This document shows positions 1 through 9,604 of a stretch of DNA of 64,000 nucleotides, piece after piece (position 1 is the first letter of the stretch; every line of letters begins with the position of its first letter). Origin of the DNA: a virus (Duplodnaviria; Caudoviricetes); the IMG/VR virus record IMGVR_UViG_3300028454_000171, positions 2,540 through 66,539 of that record. The stretch is one strand, 5' to 3'. Made by a program: the position numbers and the translations under genes. Under the pieces are notes generated by a model, which was not told the origin of the DNA, ran no database searches, and saw only the letters and a list, made by a program, of their open reading frames with translations.

Positions 1-4
1 TTCG

Positions 5-304
5 TTGTGGCATGACGAAAACGGCTGGCAAGGCGGAGATATGTACTATCAGGTTGACCGGACTACCGGCAAGAAAACAAGGGTAGCTGATGCAGTTGCT
101 CTTGACCTGTTAGCGCAAGGCAAAGCCGAGTTGGTAAAAGACGATGACTCGAAAGCGAAAATCCGATTGGTGCTTTCCCGTGACCCTGCCAACAAAGCGT
201 TTTGGGTTGACCGTAAGGGCAATGAAAGAGAGATGGATATTGAAAGCGCAGTCGAAATGCTAAAAAAGGGCAAGGCGCGCGTTCAACATATCACGCTGGA
301 ATGA
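5..304 (+). CDS. Hypothetical protein with two internal similar segments (VDRxxG...A..LL..GKA); start may lie outside the window
   Basis: ORF track; repeated motif YQVDRTTGKK / FWVDRKGNE. Confidence 0.55.
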   Translation: MWHDENGWQGGDMYYQVDRTTGKKTRVADAVALDLLAQGKAELVKDDDSKAKIRLVLSRDPANKAFWVDRKGNEREMDIESAVEMLKKGKARVQHITLE

Positions 305-326
305 CATTCCAGCCAAATTGAATAAA

Positions 327-402
327 CCGTCGATAGCTTAGTGTTAAAGCACCCGACTCTTTATCGGGAGGACGCAGCGTTCGATTCCTGCTCGGCGGAC
401 CA
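327..402 (+). tRNA. tRNA-Lys(CTT)-like, atypical or possibly degenerate
   Basis: Acceptor stem CCGTCGA/TCGGCGG plus A-CCA; D stem GCTT/AAGC; anticodon stem CCCGA/TCGGG with loop CT-CTT-TA; GTTCGATT T-loop. Deviations: U37, D-loop lacks GG, bulged C in T-stem. Confidence 0.8.
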
Positions 403-409
403 GAATTTA

Positions 410-437
410 AGCCCCGGCTATATTGGCCGGGGCTGTT
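410..437 (+). terminator. Hairpin downstream of the tRNA
   Basis: AGCCCCGGC / GCCGGGGCT stem; weak T tail. Confidence 0.55.
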
Positions 438-466
438 ATATTGCTTAGATGAAAGGACAGGTCTGC

Positions 467-1894
467 ATGGCGAAATTTCAAAATCCGGGAGCTTTTTTCC
501 TCGGTACGTTGGTGCCATCGGAACAAAAATTCCTGAAGACGCTGATTACGAATGCGGCCCGCAATGGGTACACAAGATTTGTGGAGCCGTGCGCTGGCGC
601 TTTTGCCATGTCGCATCTTGCTACGCAAGCTGGGTTCAAGCCGAACCAGATTGAAGCGTCTGACGTGTCAATGTTCACGTCGATTATGGGCTATGCAATA
701 ACCGGTCAGTCGCTGGAAGAATTGGAGCTGCGGGCGAACGGCTTTACTGATGAGGAGCTGCTTGACCCGGCAGTCGCGCTTTACGCATGGAAGTATCTCA
801 GCATGGTAAAGAATGCTGGCAAGGATTACTTTTACAACTACATGGTTGACATGGAGCAAAGACGCGAGGAGCATATTAAATTCCTTCGCGAACAGCTTGA
901 TAGGGCCAGAAGTATTCTCGGTGGCATGAGCTACCGTGCGCTCGATATGTGGAAGCACATGGATGAGGTGCTTGATGACCCTCATGCTCTTGTGATTGCG
1001 AACCCGCCAACATACCTGGCTGGGTTTGAAAAGTATTATGACACTGGCGGGAACATGACGTGGAAGGAACCGGAATATGGAATGTTTGACCCGAAGACGG
1101 GCTTGAAGCAGTTCATGGACTTGGTTAAAGACGCGAAGTGCTTGGTACTTTGCTACGAGGAAAATGTCCCCGGAGCCACCGCAGGTTCTCCCGTGTTTGC
1201 AAGGTATGGCGTAAGAAATGGCGTGAATGTATATTTGACGACGAACCGCCCGGATGAAGCCGTTGAATTGGCAGAAGGCAAGAAAATTGACAGGCCAAAC
1301 GAGTCAGAATTGCTGCCTCTCGATTGCCCTATGCTGCCTATTGATTATGAGATACAGGAAACCTCCGATATTCAAGTTTGCCGGATTGAGTCGAAGTCAG
1401 CGCAGTATTACCGCAAGCTGTGGACGCATAATTTCACGGGGGCGGCTGCGCAGATAAACATAGCTTTGTTCATCGACAAAAAAATTGCCGGTGTTTTTGG
1501 TTTGGATAAAGCAGCCCTGACGATGGGAGCTTTTGGCGGACTGGTATCAGATTCCGTTTTTGTGATGTATGGAATGACAGTCCCGCATAGGGTTTACCGC
1601 TTGAATCGTTTGCTAACGATGGTAGCGCAGAATAAACAATTCATTCTCGGACTTTGCACAGACTTGGAGCGCGAAAAAGCAAAAACGCTAAAGACAGTGC
1701 AGATGACAAAGTACCCAGAAGCGAAAGAAATGCGTGGCATTATGAAGCTGACGAAACGGGAAAAAGACCCAAAGTTTGGTTATCGGCTGACCTATGTGTC
1801 AGAGCTGAAAGACAGAACTGAAAAGCAGACGTTGATTGAATGGCTCAGGAGGGAAAAGAAGTGGAGAACGGAACGGGCGAAAAGCAAAAAATAG
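467..1894 (+). CDS. Putative adenine DNA methyltransferase-like protein with a C-terminal extra domain
   Basis: Motif I-like FVEPCAGAFAMS and motif IV-like IANPPTY; RBS GAAAGGA before ATG 467. Confidence 0.65.
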   Translation: MAKFQNPGAFFLGTLVPSEQKFLKTLITNAARNGYTRFVEPCAGAFAMSHLATQAGFKPNQIEASDVSMFTSIMGYAITGQSLEELELRANGFTDEELLDPAVALYAWKYLSMVKNAGKDYFYNYMVDMEQRREEHIKFLREQLDRARSILGGMSYRALDMWKHMDEVLDDPHALVIANPPTYLAGFEKYYDTGGNMTWKEPEYGMFDPKTGLKQFMDLVKDAKCLVLCYEENVPGATAGSPVFARYGVRNGVNVYLTTNRPDEAVELAEGKKIDRPNESELLPLDCPMLPIDYEIQETSDIQVCRIESKSAQYYRKLWTHNFTGAAAQINIALFIDKKIAGVFGLDKAALTMGAFGGLVSDSVFVMYGMTVPHRVYRLNRLLTMVAQNKQFILGLCTDLEREKAKTLKTVQMTKYPEAKEMRGIMKLTKREKDPKFGYRLTYVSELKDRTEKQTLIEWLRREKKWRTERAKSKK

Positions 1895-2781
1895 AATACG
1901 AGAAAATAGCTGACATGGGTTCAGGTTTGGTTATCGCAAAGGTAGCTGCAAACCATATTCGTGAGCAGGACATCAATGCTCGCATTATGAAGACGGAGAT
2001 GCAAAAGCAGTTGACCGATAACATCAAAAAACGCGGTCAGCTAGAATCTCTCCCGTTCTGCGCATTGACGCAGAATGATACGAGGATTGAGATTATTTCT
2101 GGGCATCACAGAATACGCTCTGGCAAGGATGCTGGATTGAAAGAGTTTTATGTTATTCTTGATGTGAGTGGGCTAAATCGCTCGAAAATAACGGCAAAGC
2201 AGATTGCTCATAATGCAATTTCCGGTTTCGATGATCAGTCCACTTTGAAGGAACTGGCGAAGCTACTTGACGATGTGGACGACATGATTGAATCGTATGC
2301 CGGAAAAGATGTGCTGGCTGAAGTGCATGAGGACATTGACAAGTATCTGAGTCCAGTTATGACTTTCGAGTGGAAGAACATCGTGTTCACGTTCCTGCCG
2401 CACCAGATAAACGACATGGACAAGCTCATCGAGGCTGTGAAGCGTATGTCACCGGATTGTGTTGGTGTGGCAAGCATCGAGGAATATAAGCCGTTCCTTG
2501 AAGCGCTGGCAAAATACCAGGGCTTCGCAGATGTGAAAAACATCGGAGCCGCCATTCATGCCATGACCAAGCTGACACTGCAAGCAATGAATGAAGCGGG
2601 CTACACAGGCGAGGAACAGTGGGTGCAGATGACCAGCATCTTCGGGTCAAATGCTCTGCCGCAAGAATCTGCGGACATCATTTCCAAGGCCGTGAAGAAA
2701 ATGATTGATGAGGAAGGGCTAGACCCGAAAAACAAACTGGACTTCCTCCGCATCCTGTCAGAAAAGTATTTGGGTGATTGA
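1840..2781 (+). CDS. ParB/Srx N-terminal domain protein
   Basis: IEIISGHHRIRS (GxxR) motif; position next to packaging genes; start may be GTG 1861. Confidence 0.75.
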   Translation: MAQEGKEVENGTGEKQKIEYEKIADMGSGLVIAKVAANHIREQDINARIMKTEMQKQLTDNIKKRGQLESLPFCALTQNDTRIEIISGHHRIRSGKDAGLKEFYVILDVSGLNRSKITAKQIAHNAISGFDDQSTLKELAKLLDDVDDMIESYAGKDVLAEVHEDIDKYLSPVMTFEWKNIVFTFLPHQINDMDKLIEAVKRMSPDCVGVASIEEYKPFLEALAKYQGFADVKNIGAAIHAMTKLTLQAMNEAGYTGEEQWVQMTSIFGSNALPQESADIISKAVKKMIDEEGLDPKNKLDFLRILSEKYLGD

Positions 2782-3259
2782 GGTGGCAACCGGTGTTTAT
2801 AAAGAGTGGATAGAGGGCAAAGGTCTTGAAATGGTTTGCAAATGGGCCAAGCTCGGCTTGACCGACCAGCAAATCATCAAGAAAATGGGCATAAAAGAAC
2901 GAACTTTTTATTCGTGGCAGACGAAATATCCGCAGTTCCAAAAAGCGTTGAGGGAAGCGAAAACCGAGCCGAACCTGGACATTGAAACCTCGATGATTGA
3001 CCTCGCTTGTGGTCGTGCTTATGTCGAGGAAATCAAGTCCACGATTGACCCTGAAACGGGAAAAATCTTGAAAATTGAAAAGGTGAAGAAGCAGATACCT
3101 CCCAACGCAACGATGCAGATTTTCCTCGCGAAAAATCGCTTGAGGGATAAATACCGCGACTATTGCCCTGTCAATGATAGTGAGCAAATCGACGAAAATG
3201 CACAGCAGGACGTTCAGATTTACTTGCCGGACAATGGGAGTGGTAAAGATGATTCTTAA
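2774..3259 (+). CDS. Terminase small subunit (HTH)
   Basis: GLTDQQIIKKMGIKERTFYSW HTH; immediately upstream of terL. Confidence 0.7.
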   Translation: MIEVATGVYKEWIEGKGLEMVCKWAKLGLTDQQIIKKMGIKERTFYSWQTKYPQFQKALREAKTEPNLDIETSMIDLACGRAYVEEIKSTIDPETGKILKIEKVKKQIPPNATMQIFLAKNRLRDKYRDYCPVNDSEQIDENAQQDVQIYLPDNGSGKDDS

Positions 3260-4625
3260 ACCGCAGAAGGGGCCGCAAGAAAAGTTTCTCGCCACAAGTG
3301 CTGACATTGCCATTTATGGCGGTGCTGCGGGCGGTGGAAAAACGTATGCCCTGCTTTTGGAACCGTTGCGACATATGAACGTGGATGGTTATACCGCGAC
3401 AATCTTCCGTAAGAATGCTACGCAGATAACCATTGACGGCGGTTTGCTGGACGAGAGTATGCAGATATACGGGCTTTTGCGAAGCGCCGTATACAAAGCC
3501 AGTCCCAAGCCGCATTGGACGTTCAATGGCAAAGCAAGAGTGTCCTTTATGCACATCGACGGCGACCGCGATTTGCCGAAATGGCAAGGCTCTCAGATTT
3601 GTTATTTGGGTTTTGATGAGCTGTGCCATTTCTCCGAAACGCAGTTTTTCTATATGCTATCACGAAACCGCAGTACCTGTGGCGTGAAGCCTTGCATCAG
3701 GGCGACCTGCAATCCAGATGTGGATAGCTGGGTCGCCAAATTTATTGCTTGGTGGATTGACCAAGACACTGGCTATCCTATACCAGACAGGTCTGGAAAG
3801 ATTCGCTGGTTTTTTCGTGATGCAGAAAAATTAACGTGGGCCGATTCAGTAGAAGAATTGACGGAAATACTGAAAGACAACCCTGATTTCAAACCGGAGT
3901 TTTGTAAAAGCGTGACCTTCATAGCATCAAACATTTATGACAATAAGATTCTGCTAGAACGCAACCCATCATATCTGGCGAATCTGCACGGCCTCGGCAT
4001 CGTGGAGAAAGAACGATTGCTCAGAGGCAACTGGAAAATTCGCCCTGCCGCCGGGTTCTATTTCAAGAGGTCGAAAGTGGGCGAAATGCTCAATGCTGTA
4101 CCGACAGATGTTGTTCGTTGGGTTCGAGCCTGGGATTTGGCTGCGACCATACCAAGCGAGAACAAGGAAAGCGCTTGCACGGCTGGCGTTTTGATGGGCA
4201 AGCGGAAAGACGGCAGAACTGTTATTGCGGATGTGATAAATGTTCGTGAGAACAGCGCTGATGTTAGACGGCTGATAAGGAACACGGCAGTCAGCGACAA
4301 TGCGCTCTATGGCAATGTCACGGTGCGCTTGCCGCAAGACCCCGGACAGGCCGGTAAAGACCAAGTGCAGAGTTTCGTAAGACTGCTCGGCGGATTCCAT
4401 GTGATTACGATGCCAGAGACGGGTGACAAAATAACTCGTGCCGAGCCGTTTTCATCGCAATGGCTGGCTGGGAATGTTGATGTTATGACCGCTGAATGGA
4501 ATGATGAGTATTTCAGACAGTTGGAGAATTTCCCCGTGATGGCGTTGAAAGATATGGTTGACGCATCGGCAAACGCTTATGCCGAACTGGAAAACGGCAT
4601 ACCAGACTTTGGTTTCTCGTTCTGA
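3249..4625 (+). CDS. terL: Terminase large subunit
   Basis: Walker A IYGGAAGGGKT, Walker B LGFDEL, RATCNP motif, C-terminal nuclease with DMVDA. Confidence 0.95.
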   Translation: MILKPQKGPQEKFLATSADIAIYGGAAGGGKTYALLLEPLRHMNVDGYTATIFRKNATQITIDGGLLDESMQIYGLLRSAVYKASPKPHWTFNGKARVSFMHIDGDRDLPKWQGSQICYLGFDELCHFSETQFFYMLSRNRSTCGVKPCIRATCNPDVDSWVAKFIAWWIDQDTGYPIPDRSGKIRWFFRDAEKLTWADSVEELTEILKDNPDFKPEFCKSVTFIASNIYDNKILLERNPSYLANLHGLGIVEKERLLRGNWKIRPAAGFYFKRSKVGEMLNAVPTDVVRWVRAWDLAATIPSENKESACTAGVLMGKRKDGRTVIADVINVRENSADVRRLIRNTAVSDNALYGNVTVRLPQDPGQAGKDQVQSFVRLLGGFHVITMPETGDKITRAEPFSSQWLAGNVDVMTAEWNDEYFRQLENFPVMALKDMVDASANAYAELENGIPDFGFSF

Positions 4626-4633
4626 GGTGGATT

Positions 4634-6745
4634 ATGAGTATATTTGATACCCTGTTTGGGAGAAAGAAATCGCAAGAAGCGTACACGGACAGCAACCGTA
4701 ACAGCTTCATATCGAGGTGGACAAGACCACCGACCATGAACACGTCGGAATGGCTTGCCATGTTCTCGAAAAGCCCCCGGCTTGCGGTGGTGGACAGGAT
4801 TGCCAGCGATCTAGCGAACATCGAAGGCAAGCTGTATCAAATCCAGCCGGACGGCACAGAAGTCGAGGTCTTGAGCCATCCCTTCCTTGACTTCATGGGA
4901 CAGCCGAACCCGCTGTATGAGATGACGAGTTCTGCGATGTGGCGGCTGCACGAGATATACCTGATGCTCGTCGGCGAAAGCTATTTCCTGATTGAGAGGA
5001 ACGAAAGCGGTATGCCGGTAGAGTTGTGGAATGTCCCACCCCATTGGGTAAAGGCCACGCCGTATCTCGGCAGTCCGAAATACTCGATAGTCTCGCCGGG
5101 TGGTTTGAACATGACCGTCCCTGTGGATGATATGTTCGTGATGAAGCAGCTCAACCCCCTTGACCCGTTCATGCGAGGGCTGGGCATTGCTGAAAGCATT
5201 GCGGACGAGGTTGAGATCGATGAGTACGCTGCCAAGTTTCAGAAGCGGTTCTTCTACAACGATGCCACGCCGCCTGTTGTGTTCAGTATGCCGAATGCGA
5301 CGAAGGAACAGCGTGACGCATTCCTGGCCCGCTGGAACCAGAAGCACAAAGGTGTGGAGAACAGCCACAAGGCGGCGGCCCTGTCCGGCGATGTCAGCAT
5401 TCATGTGATGGGCAACGCCAACGGCGGCAACCTCGGTTTCATCGAAAGCCGCACAGCCATGCGCGATGCAGTCCTTGAACATTTTGGTGTGCCTCGTGAA
5501 ATCATGGGCATCACCGAGAACAGCAATCGCTCGACGGCTGACGCGGCGCAGTACATCTATGCAAAGAATGTGTTGACACCGAAAATCAGGAACCGTGAGG
5601 AAGCGATAAACAAGCAGCTCATTCCGCTGTTTGGCGAGAACATCGTCTGGCGGTATGAAGCCGTAATTCCTTACGACAAAGAATTCGACAAGACAAGAGC
5701 CATAGAGGGGTACAGCAGTGGCTTGCTCACGAGGAATGAGGCTAGGCAGCTCCTGGACTTGCCTGACACTGACAATGGCGATGTGTTCCGTATCGGCATC
5801 AATGACCTGTTCGTAAACGAGGGTGACAACCCGACTGATGTGACACAAGCATTGATGCAAGACACGCTCGGCCTCAGCAGTGAACATGGCGAGAAGGGAC
5901 GACAATTCAATATTGCCCTCCTGCTTCGGCAGGAAGCGACAGCCGTGCAGGAAGATGCACGGCTTTTCGAGGTTGCTGTAACCCGGCATTTTACGGAACA
6001 GCAATCTGCGGTTGCGAAAGCTCTTGGCTTGAAGGACAAGGCCGACATGAATGAGGCTCTTGCCAAGCTGGAACAGTTCCTGCTGCCGGATGGCACGTTT
6101 GACGCAGAGCTGTGGAACGTGATGTCTGAGGAGGAACAGCGTTTGCTGGCAGAAGCTGTTGTTTCCGGCTTGCTTGACTGGAAAGAGGAAGCCAAAAAGC
6201 TGGGCGAGCTGTTCCTGCCGTTGTGGAAAAAGGCATACGATGATGGGGCGGCCATCAATCAGGAGAATTATACCCTGACCTCTATTGACCGTCCTGAATT
6301 TGTCAGCGCAGCCAAGATAAACGGCGGCAAGAGAATCGTCGGCATCGAGGCCACAACGCAGAAGCGTGTGGCTGAAATTGTCGCCGCTGGCGTGGCGAAT
6401 GGTTCAAGTCAGGTTGAGCTGAGAAAAGAAATTCTGGCGGAGATGGGAACCACGAAGTCGAGGACAAAACTGATTGCCCGTCAGGAAACCATGACGGCTC
6501 TCGCCACAGGGCAGTTTGACATGATGAAAGCTGCCGGGGCGCAGACTAAGACGTGGCATCACAGGCCTCAGGTTGACCCCAGGGATGGGACGCACGGCAA
6601 GGCAAACCACGTCAAGCTGGAAGGTGAGACGCGGGCCATCGACGAGAAGTTCTCGAACGGGTTGCTTTACCCCCGTGACCCGAATGACAACCGCCCAGGA
6701 GAGCTTATTAACTGCCGGTGTTACCTCACCTACGGCGGTTTTTAA
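4634..6745 (+). CDS. Portal protein fused to a C-terminal MuF/gp7-like minor head domain
   Basis: HK97-type portal motifs (GESYFLIER, PFMRGLG, FGVPREIMG) followed by KTWHH...H...INCRCYL. Confidence 0.85.
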   Translation: MSIFDTLFGRKKSQEAYTDSNRNSFISRWTRPPTMNTSEWLAMFSKSPRLAVVDRIASDLANIEGKLYQIQPDGTEVEVLSHPFLDFMGQPNPLYEMTSSAMWRLHEIYLMLVGESYFLIERNESGMPVELWNVPPHWVKATPYLGSPKYSIVSPGGLNMTVPVDDMFVMKQLNPLDPFMRGLGIAESIADEVEIDEYAAKFQKRFFYNDATPPVVFSMPNATKEQRDAFLARWNQKHKGVENSHKAAALSGDVSIHVMGNANGGNLGFIESRTAMRDAVLEHFGVPREIMGITENSNRSTADAAQYIYAKNVLTPKIRNREEAINKQLIPLFGENIVWRYEAVIPYDKEFDKTRAIEGYSSGLLTRNEARQLLDLPDTDNGDVFRIGINDLFVNEGDNPTDVTQALMQDTLGLSSEHGEKGRQFNIALLLRQEATAVQEDARLFEVAVTRHFTEQQSAVAKALGLKDKADMNEALAKLEQFLLPDGTFDAELWNVMSEEEQRLLAEAVVSGLLDWKEEAKKLGELFLPLWKKAYDDGAAINQENYTLTSIDRPEFVSAAKINGGKRIVGIEATTQKRVAEIVAAGVANGSSQVELRKEILAEMGTTKSRTKLIARQETMTALATGQFDMMKAAGAQTKTWHHRPQVDPRDGTHGKANHVKLEGETRAIDEKFSNGLLYPRDPNDNRPGELINCRCYLTYGGF

Positions 6746-6778
6746 GATATGACATTCCGAGGAAAGGAGGTACGTTGC

Positions 6779-7483
6779 ATGGACAACGAAAACACCGGCA
6801 GGGAGTATAAGTCCTTTAAGTTCGAGCTGAAAGAGGCGAACGAGGAGGGCGAGTTCTCTGGCTATGCTGCCGTTTTCGGCAACAAGGATGATGGTGATGA
6901 CATCATCGAAAAAGGAGCGTTCGCCAGAACAATCCTTGAGGATTTCAGTCGCATCAAAATCCTGTCGCAGCACAGAGGGCATGACTTGCCGATAGGCAAG
7001 CCCTTGGAGCTGAAAGAGGATGACCACGGCCTCTACATCAAAGGCAAGATTAGCGACACTCAGACGGGGCGGGACATCCGCACCCTGCTGAAAGATGGAG
7101 TCCTGACAGAGATGTCGATTGGCTATGATACTGTGAAGTATGACTTCGACAGCATCACAGGCATCCGGCATCTCAAAGAAATCCGGTTGTGGGAAGTGTC
7201 GATTGTGACCTGGGCCATGAATAATCAGGCAAAGATTGACGCTGTGAAGTCGTTGCAGTCCGGGACTGAGGAACTCAAAACCTTGGTTGACGAGATTGCA
7301 TCCGAGGCGAAAGCCGGGAAGCTGACCCGCACAAAGCTGGAAGCCATCAAGCCTTTCATCGCTGTCATGCGTGAACTGACTGACATTCTCGACCCGCTCT
7401 TGAATGACAGCCAGCAGTCGCAGGAAGACCAGTCAGCGGAAGGCACGAAGTCATCTGGAATAGTCTTTGAGATTGTTCCTTGA
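6779..7483 (+). CDS. HK97-family prohead protease
   Basis: FSGYAAVFGNKD, LSQH, MSIGY, LWEVSIVTWAMN motifs; AAGGAGG RBS. Confidence 0.92.
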   Translation: MDNENTGREYKSFKFELKEANEEGEFSGYAAVFGNKDDGDDIIEKGAFARTILEDFSRIKILSQHRGHDLPIGKPLELKEDDHGLYIKGKISDTQTGRDIRTLLKDGVLTEMSIGYDTVKYDFDSITGIRHLKEIRLWEVSIVTWAMNNQAKIDAVKSLQSGTEELKTLVDEIASEAKAGKLTRTKLEAIKPFIAVMRELTDILDPLLNDSQQSQEDQSAEGTKSSGIVFEIVP

Positions 7484-7503
7484 GAAACGGGAGGTATATC
7501 GAA

Positions 7504-9039
7504 ATGAAACTGACCAAGAAAGAACTGGCTGAGATTATTGCAAAAATCTACAACAACCTCAGCGAAAAGCGCAAGTCCCGCAAAGAAGCGGGTGAGGATG
7601 TAGCTGATGGTTTCACCGTCGAAGAAATCGTTGACGAGCTTGCAGCCGTCGTGGGCAGCGGTGAGGAAGGCGAATCCAAAAGCGGCGAATCTGATGAGGG
7701 CGATGCCGATAACGGCAACGCAGATGAAGGTACTGACAACGCCGATGAGGGCAAGTCAAAAGAAGGCCAGACGGAGATTCCGGCAGACTTCTTTGCCACC
7801 GTAGTGAAGGCACTGGATGCACTTCAGAACGGAGACAAGAAAGGTGAGGCTCCGGCTCCTGAAACCAAGAGTGCAAAGCCCCAGCAGACGGGTCGCAAGT
7901 ATGCCAACATCTTCCTGACTGGTACTGCTGAGCAGGACAAGCCTGATGGCTTCAAAGCTCGCATCGCTTCAATGTCCGCACCTGAACGCAAGAAGACAGT
8001 CTATGGTATGTTTGGACGTGCCGTGAAGTGCATCCACGCTTCCAAGGGCGACTTCGAGAGGGCCGCGTACAACGCAGAGCAGAAGTTCAATGACAGCGAG
8101 ATGGCGAAGGAGTTCAAGGCTCTGTCTGCGACGGTTCCCGGCGATGGCGGCTATCTCGTGCCGGAGGTTTATGCCAACGAAATCATTGAGCTGCTTTATC
8201 CCGCCACCGTCATTTACAGCCTTGGCGCTCGTCGGCTCGGTATGTCCAACGGCAACCTCAACATTCCCAAGATTAAAACTGGATCCCGTGCGTTGTTTAC
8301 CGGCGAGAATCGTGCGATTCCTAAGTCTGCACCTAAGTTCGGCAATCTCCGCCTATCCGCAAAGAAGCTGACTGCTCTCATTCCGATGAGCAATGACCTG
8401 CTTCGTTCCACGAATTTTGACAACGATGTCATCGTTGGTCAGGACATCACGAAACAGATGGCTCTCGGTGTTGATTATGGTGCTCTGCTTGGTTCCGGCG
8501 GTGAGTTCCAGCCCCTTGGCATTATGAAGAACAAGAATGTCCAGAACATCGACGTGACTGCGATTGATGCCGCATACGCAAGCAGCGCAGGTGTGCTGAC
8601 TGCCGCTTTCCCGAATTACCTTGTAGCTTCTGTGCTGAAGAACAACGTCTATGCTGACGGTCTGGGCTTCGTGTTCAACACCAGCGTAGAGCAGTTCCTG
8701 AAGGCTATGCGTGATGATGTAGGTGGCTTCATCTTCGCCAAGGAGATGAACGAGAACCACACGCTGGTCGGCTATCCGTACCAGACCACGAATCTGTTGG
8801 AAACCAGCAGTGGCAAGACCAGCATCATCTTCGGCAACTGGAATGACCTCATCATCGGCGAGCAGGGCGCTCTGGAAATCGAAACCAGCCGTGAGGGTTC
8901 CTGGACGGATGAGTCTGGCGCTCTCGTGTCTGCATTCGAGAATGACCAGACGCTGATTCGTGCTATCGACAATGTGGACATCGGCCTCCGTCATGAGGAG
9001 AGTTTCGCCGTTGCCACCAAGGTAGCTGTGCCGGTGTGA
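7504..9039 (+). CDS. Major capsid protein (HK97 fold) with long acidic N-terminal scaffold/delta region
   Basis: GDGGYLVPE motif, position after protease. Confidence 0.92.
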   Translation: MKLTKKELAEIIAKIYNNLSEKRKSRKEAGEDVADGFTVEEIVDELAAVVGSGEEGESKSGESDEGDADNGNADEGTDNADEGKSKEGQTEIPADFFATVVKALDALQNGDKKGEAPAPETKSAKPQQTGRKYANIFLTGTAEQDKPDGFKARIASMSAPERKKTVYGMFGRAVKCIHASKGDFERAAYNAEQKFNDSEMAKEFKALSATVPGDGGYLVPEVYANEIIELLYPATVIYSLGARRLGMSNGNLNIPKIKTGSRALFTGENRAIPKSAPKFGNLRLSAKKLTALIPMSNDLLRSTNFDNDVIVGQDITKQMALGVDYGALLGSGGEFQPLGIMKNKNVQNIDVTAIDAAYASSAGVLTAAFPNYLVASVLKNNVYADGLGFVFNTSVEQFLKAMRDDVGGFIFAKEMNENHTLVGYPYQTTNLLETSSGKTSIIFGNWNDLIIGEQGALEIETSREGSWTDESGALVSAFENDQTLIRAIDNVDIGLRHEESFAVATKVAVPV

Positions 9040-9058
9040 TGATGGGAGGTAGAGCAGA

Positions 9059-9427
9059 ATGAAACGCGAATTGATTCAAAATGTGAGGGTTCAGCCCTAC
9101 GCATCAGGAGAAAGCATTGAGAGAGCCGGATTCCTTTCCGCAATCCTCGCTGTAAAGGTCGGCACGACAGGTGCATTGACCGTAACGGTCACGCACGGAG
9201 ATGCCGACACGGCAGCAGAGACTGTCACGGACAAGCTGGTGTTCCCCGAAACCCATACTTCGGGTGGCGTGTATACCATCAGCGATGTGACAGCTGGCGA
9301 TGTGGTGAACATCGACCTTGACCTGCTTGGGCTGAAGAACTATGTGAAGCTCACCCTCTCTGGTGCCGCTGCCGCGAACAGCACGGCAGCCCTTGCTCTG
9401 GGCGATAAGAACGTCCAGGCAGTCTGA
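9059..9427 (+). CDS. Head-associated hypothetical protein (decoration-like)
   Basis: ORF with RBS directly after the capsid gene. Confidence 0.6.
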   Translation: MKRELIQNVRVQPYASGESIERAGFLSAILAVKVGTTGALTVTVTHGDADTAAETVTDKLVFPETHTSGGVYTISDVTAGDVVNIDLDLLGLKNYVKLTLSGAAAANSTAALALGDKNVQAV

Positions 9428-9439
9428 GGGGAGGCGGCT

Positions 9440-9577
9440 ATGATGCCCAGAATCTATAAGCCCGTGGGGCCGTCAAGCGATAAGGCGCTCAAGCCTGCTG
9501 CCGAGACGAAGGATTCCGCGAAGAAGCCTGAGCCGCAGAAATCGAATAAGCAGAAGAATGAAGACGGCGGGCAGTAG
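9440..9577 (+). CDS. 45-aa Lys-rich hypothetical protein (not in ORF track)
   Basis: GGGGAGG RBS, MMPRIYKPVGPSSDK...GGQ*; fills the operon gap. Confidence 0.55.
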   Translation: MMPRIYKPVGPSSDKALKPAAETKDSAKKPEPQKSNKQKNEDGGQ

Positions 9578-9604
9578 CTCGCCGTTGTTTTGCAGGAGGC
9601 CGTT

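Noticed and set aside
327-402. tRNA as the prophage attachment site
   Set aside because: No duplicated tRNA 3' end elsewhere in the window; the integrase is a serine type and the junction is in the macro-domain gene
4811-6004. Long antisense ORFs (e.g. 4811-6004, 12141-13061, 24989-25858, 26466-27737, 43182-44717, 49198-50262, 58198-59352)
   Set aside because: Shadow frames of well-supported genes on the opposite strand in GC-rich coding DNA; no motifs or RBS
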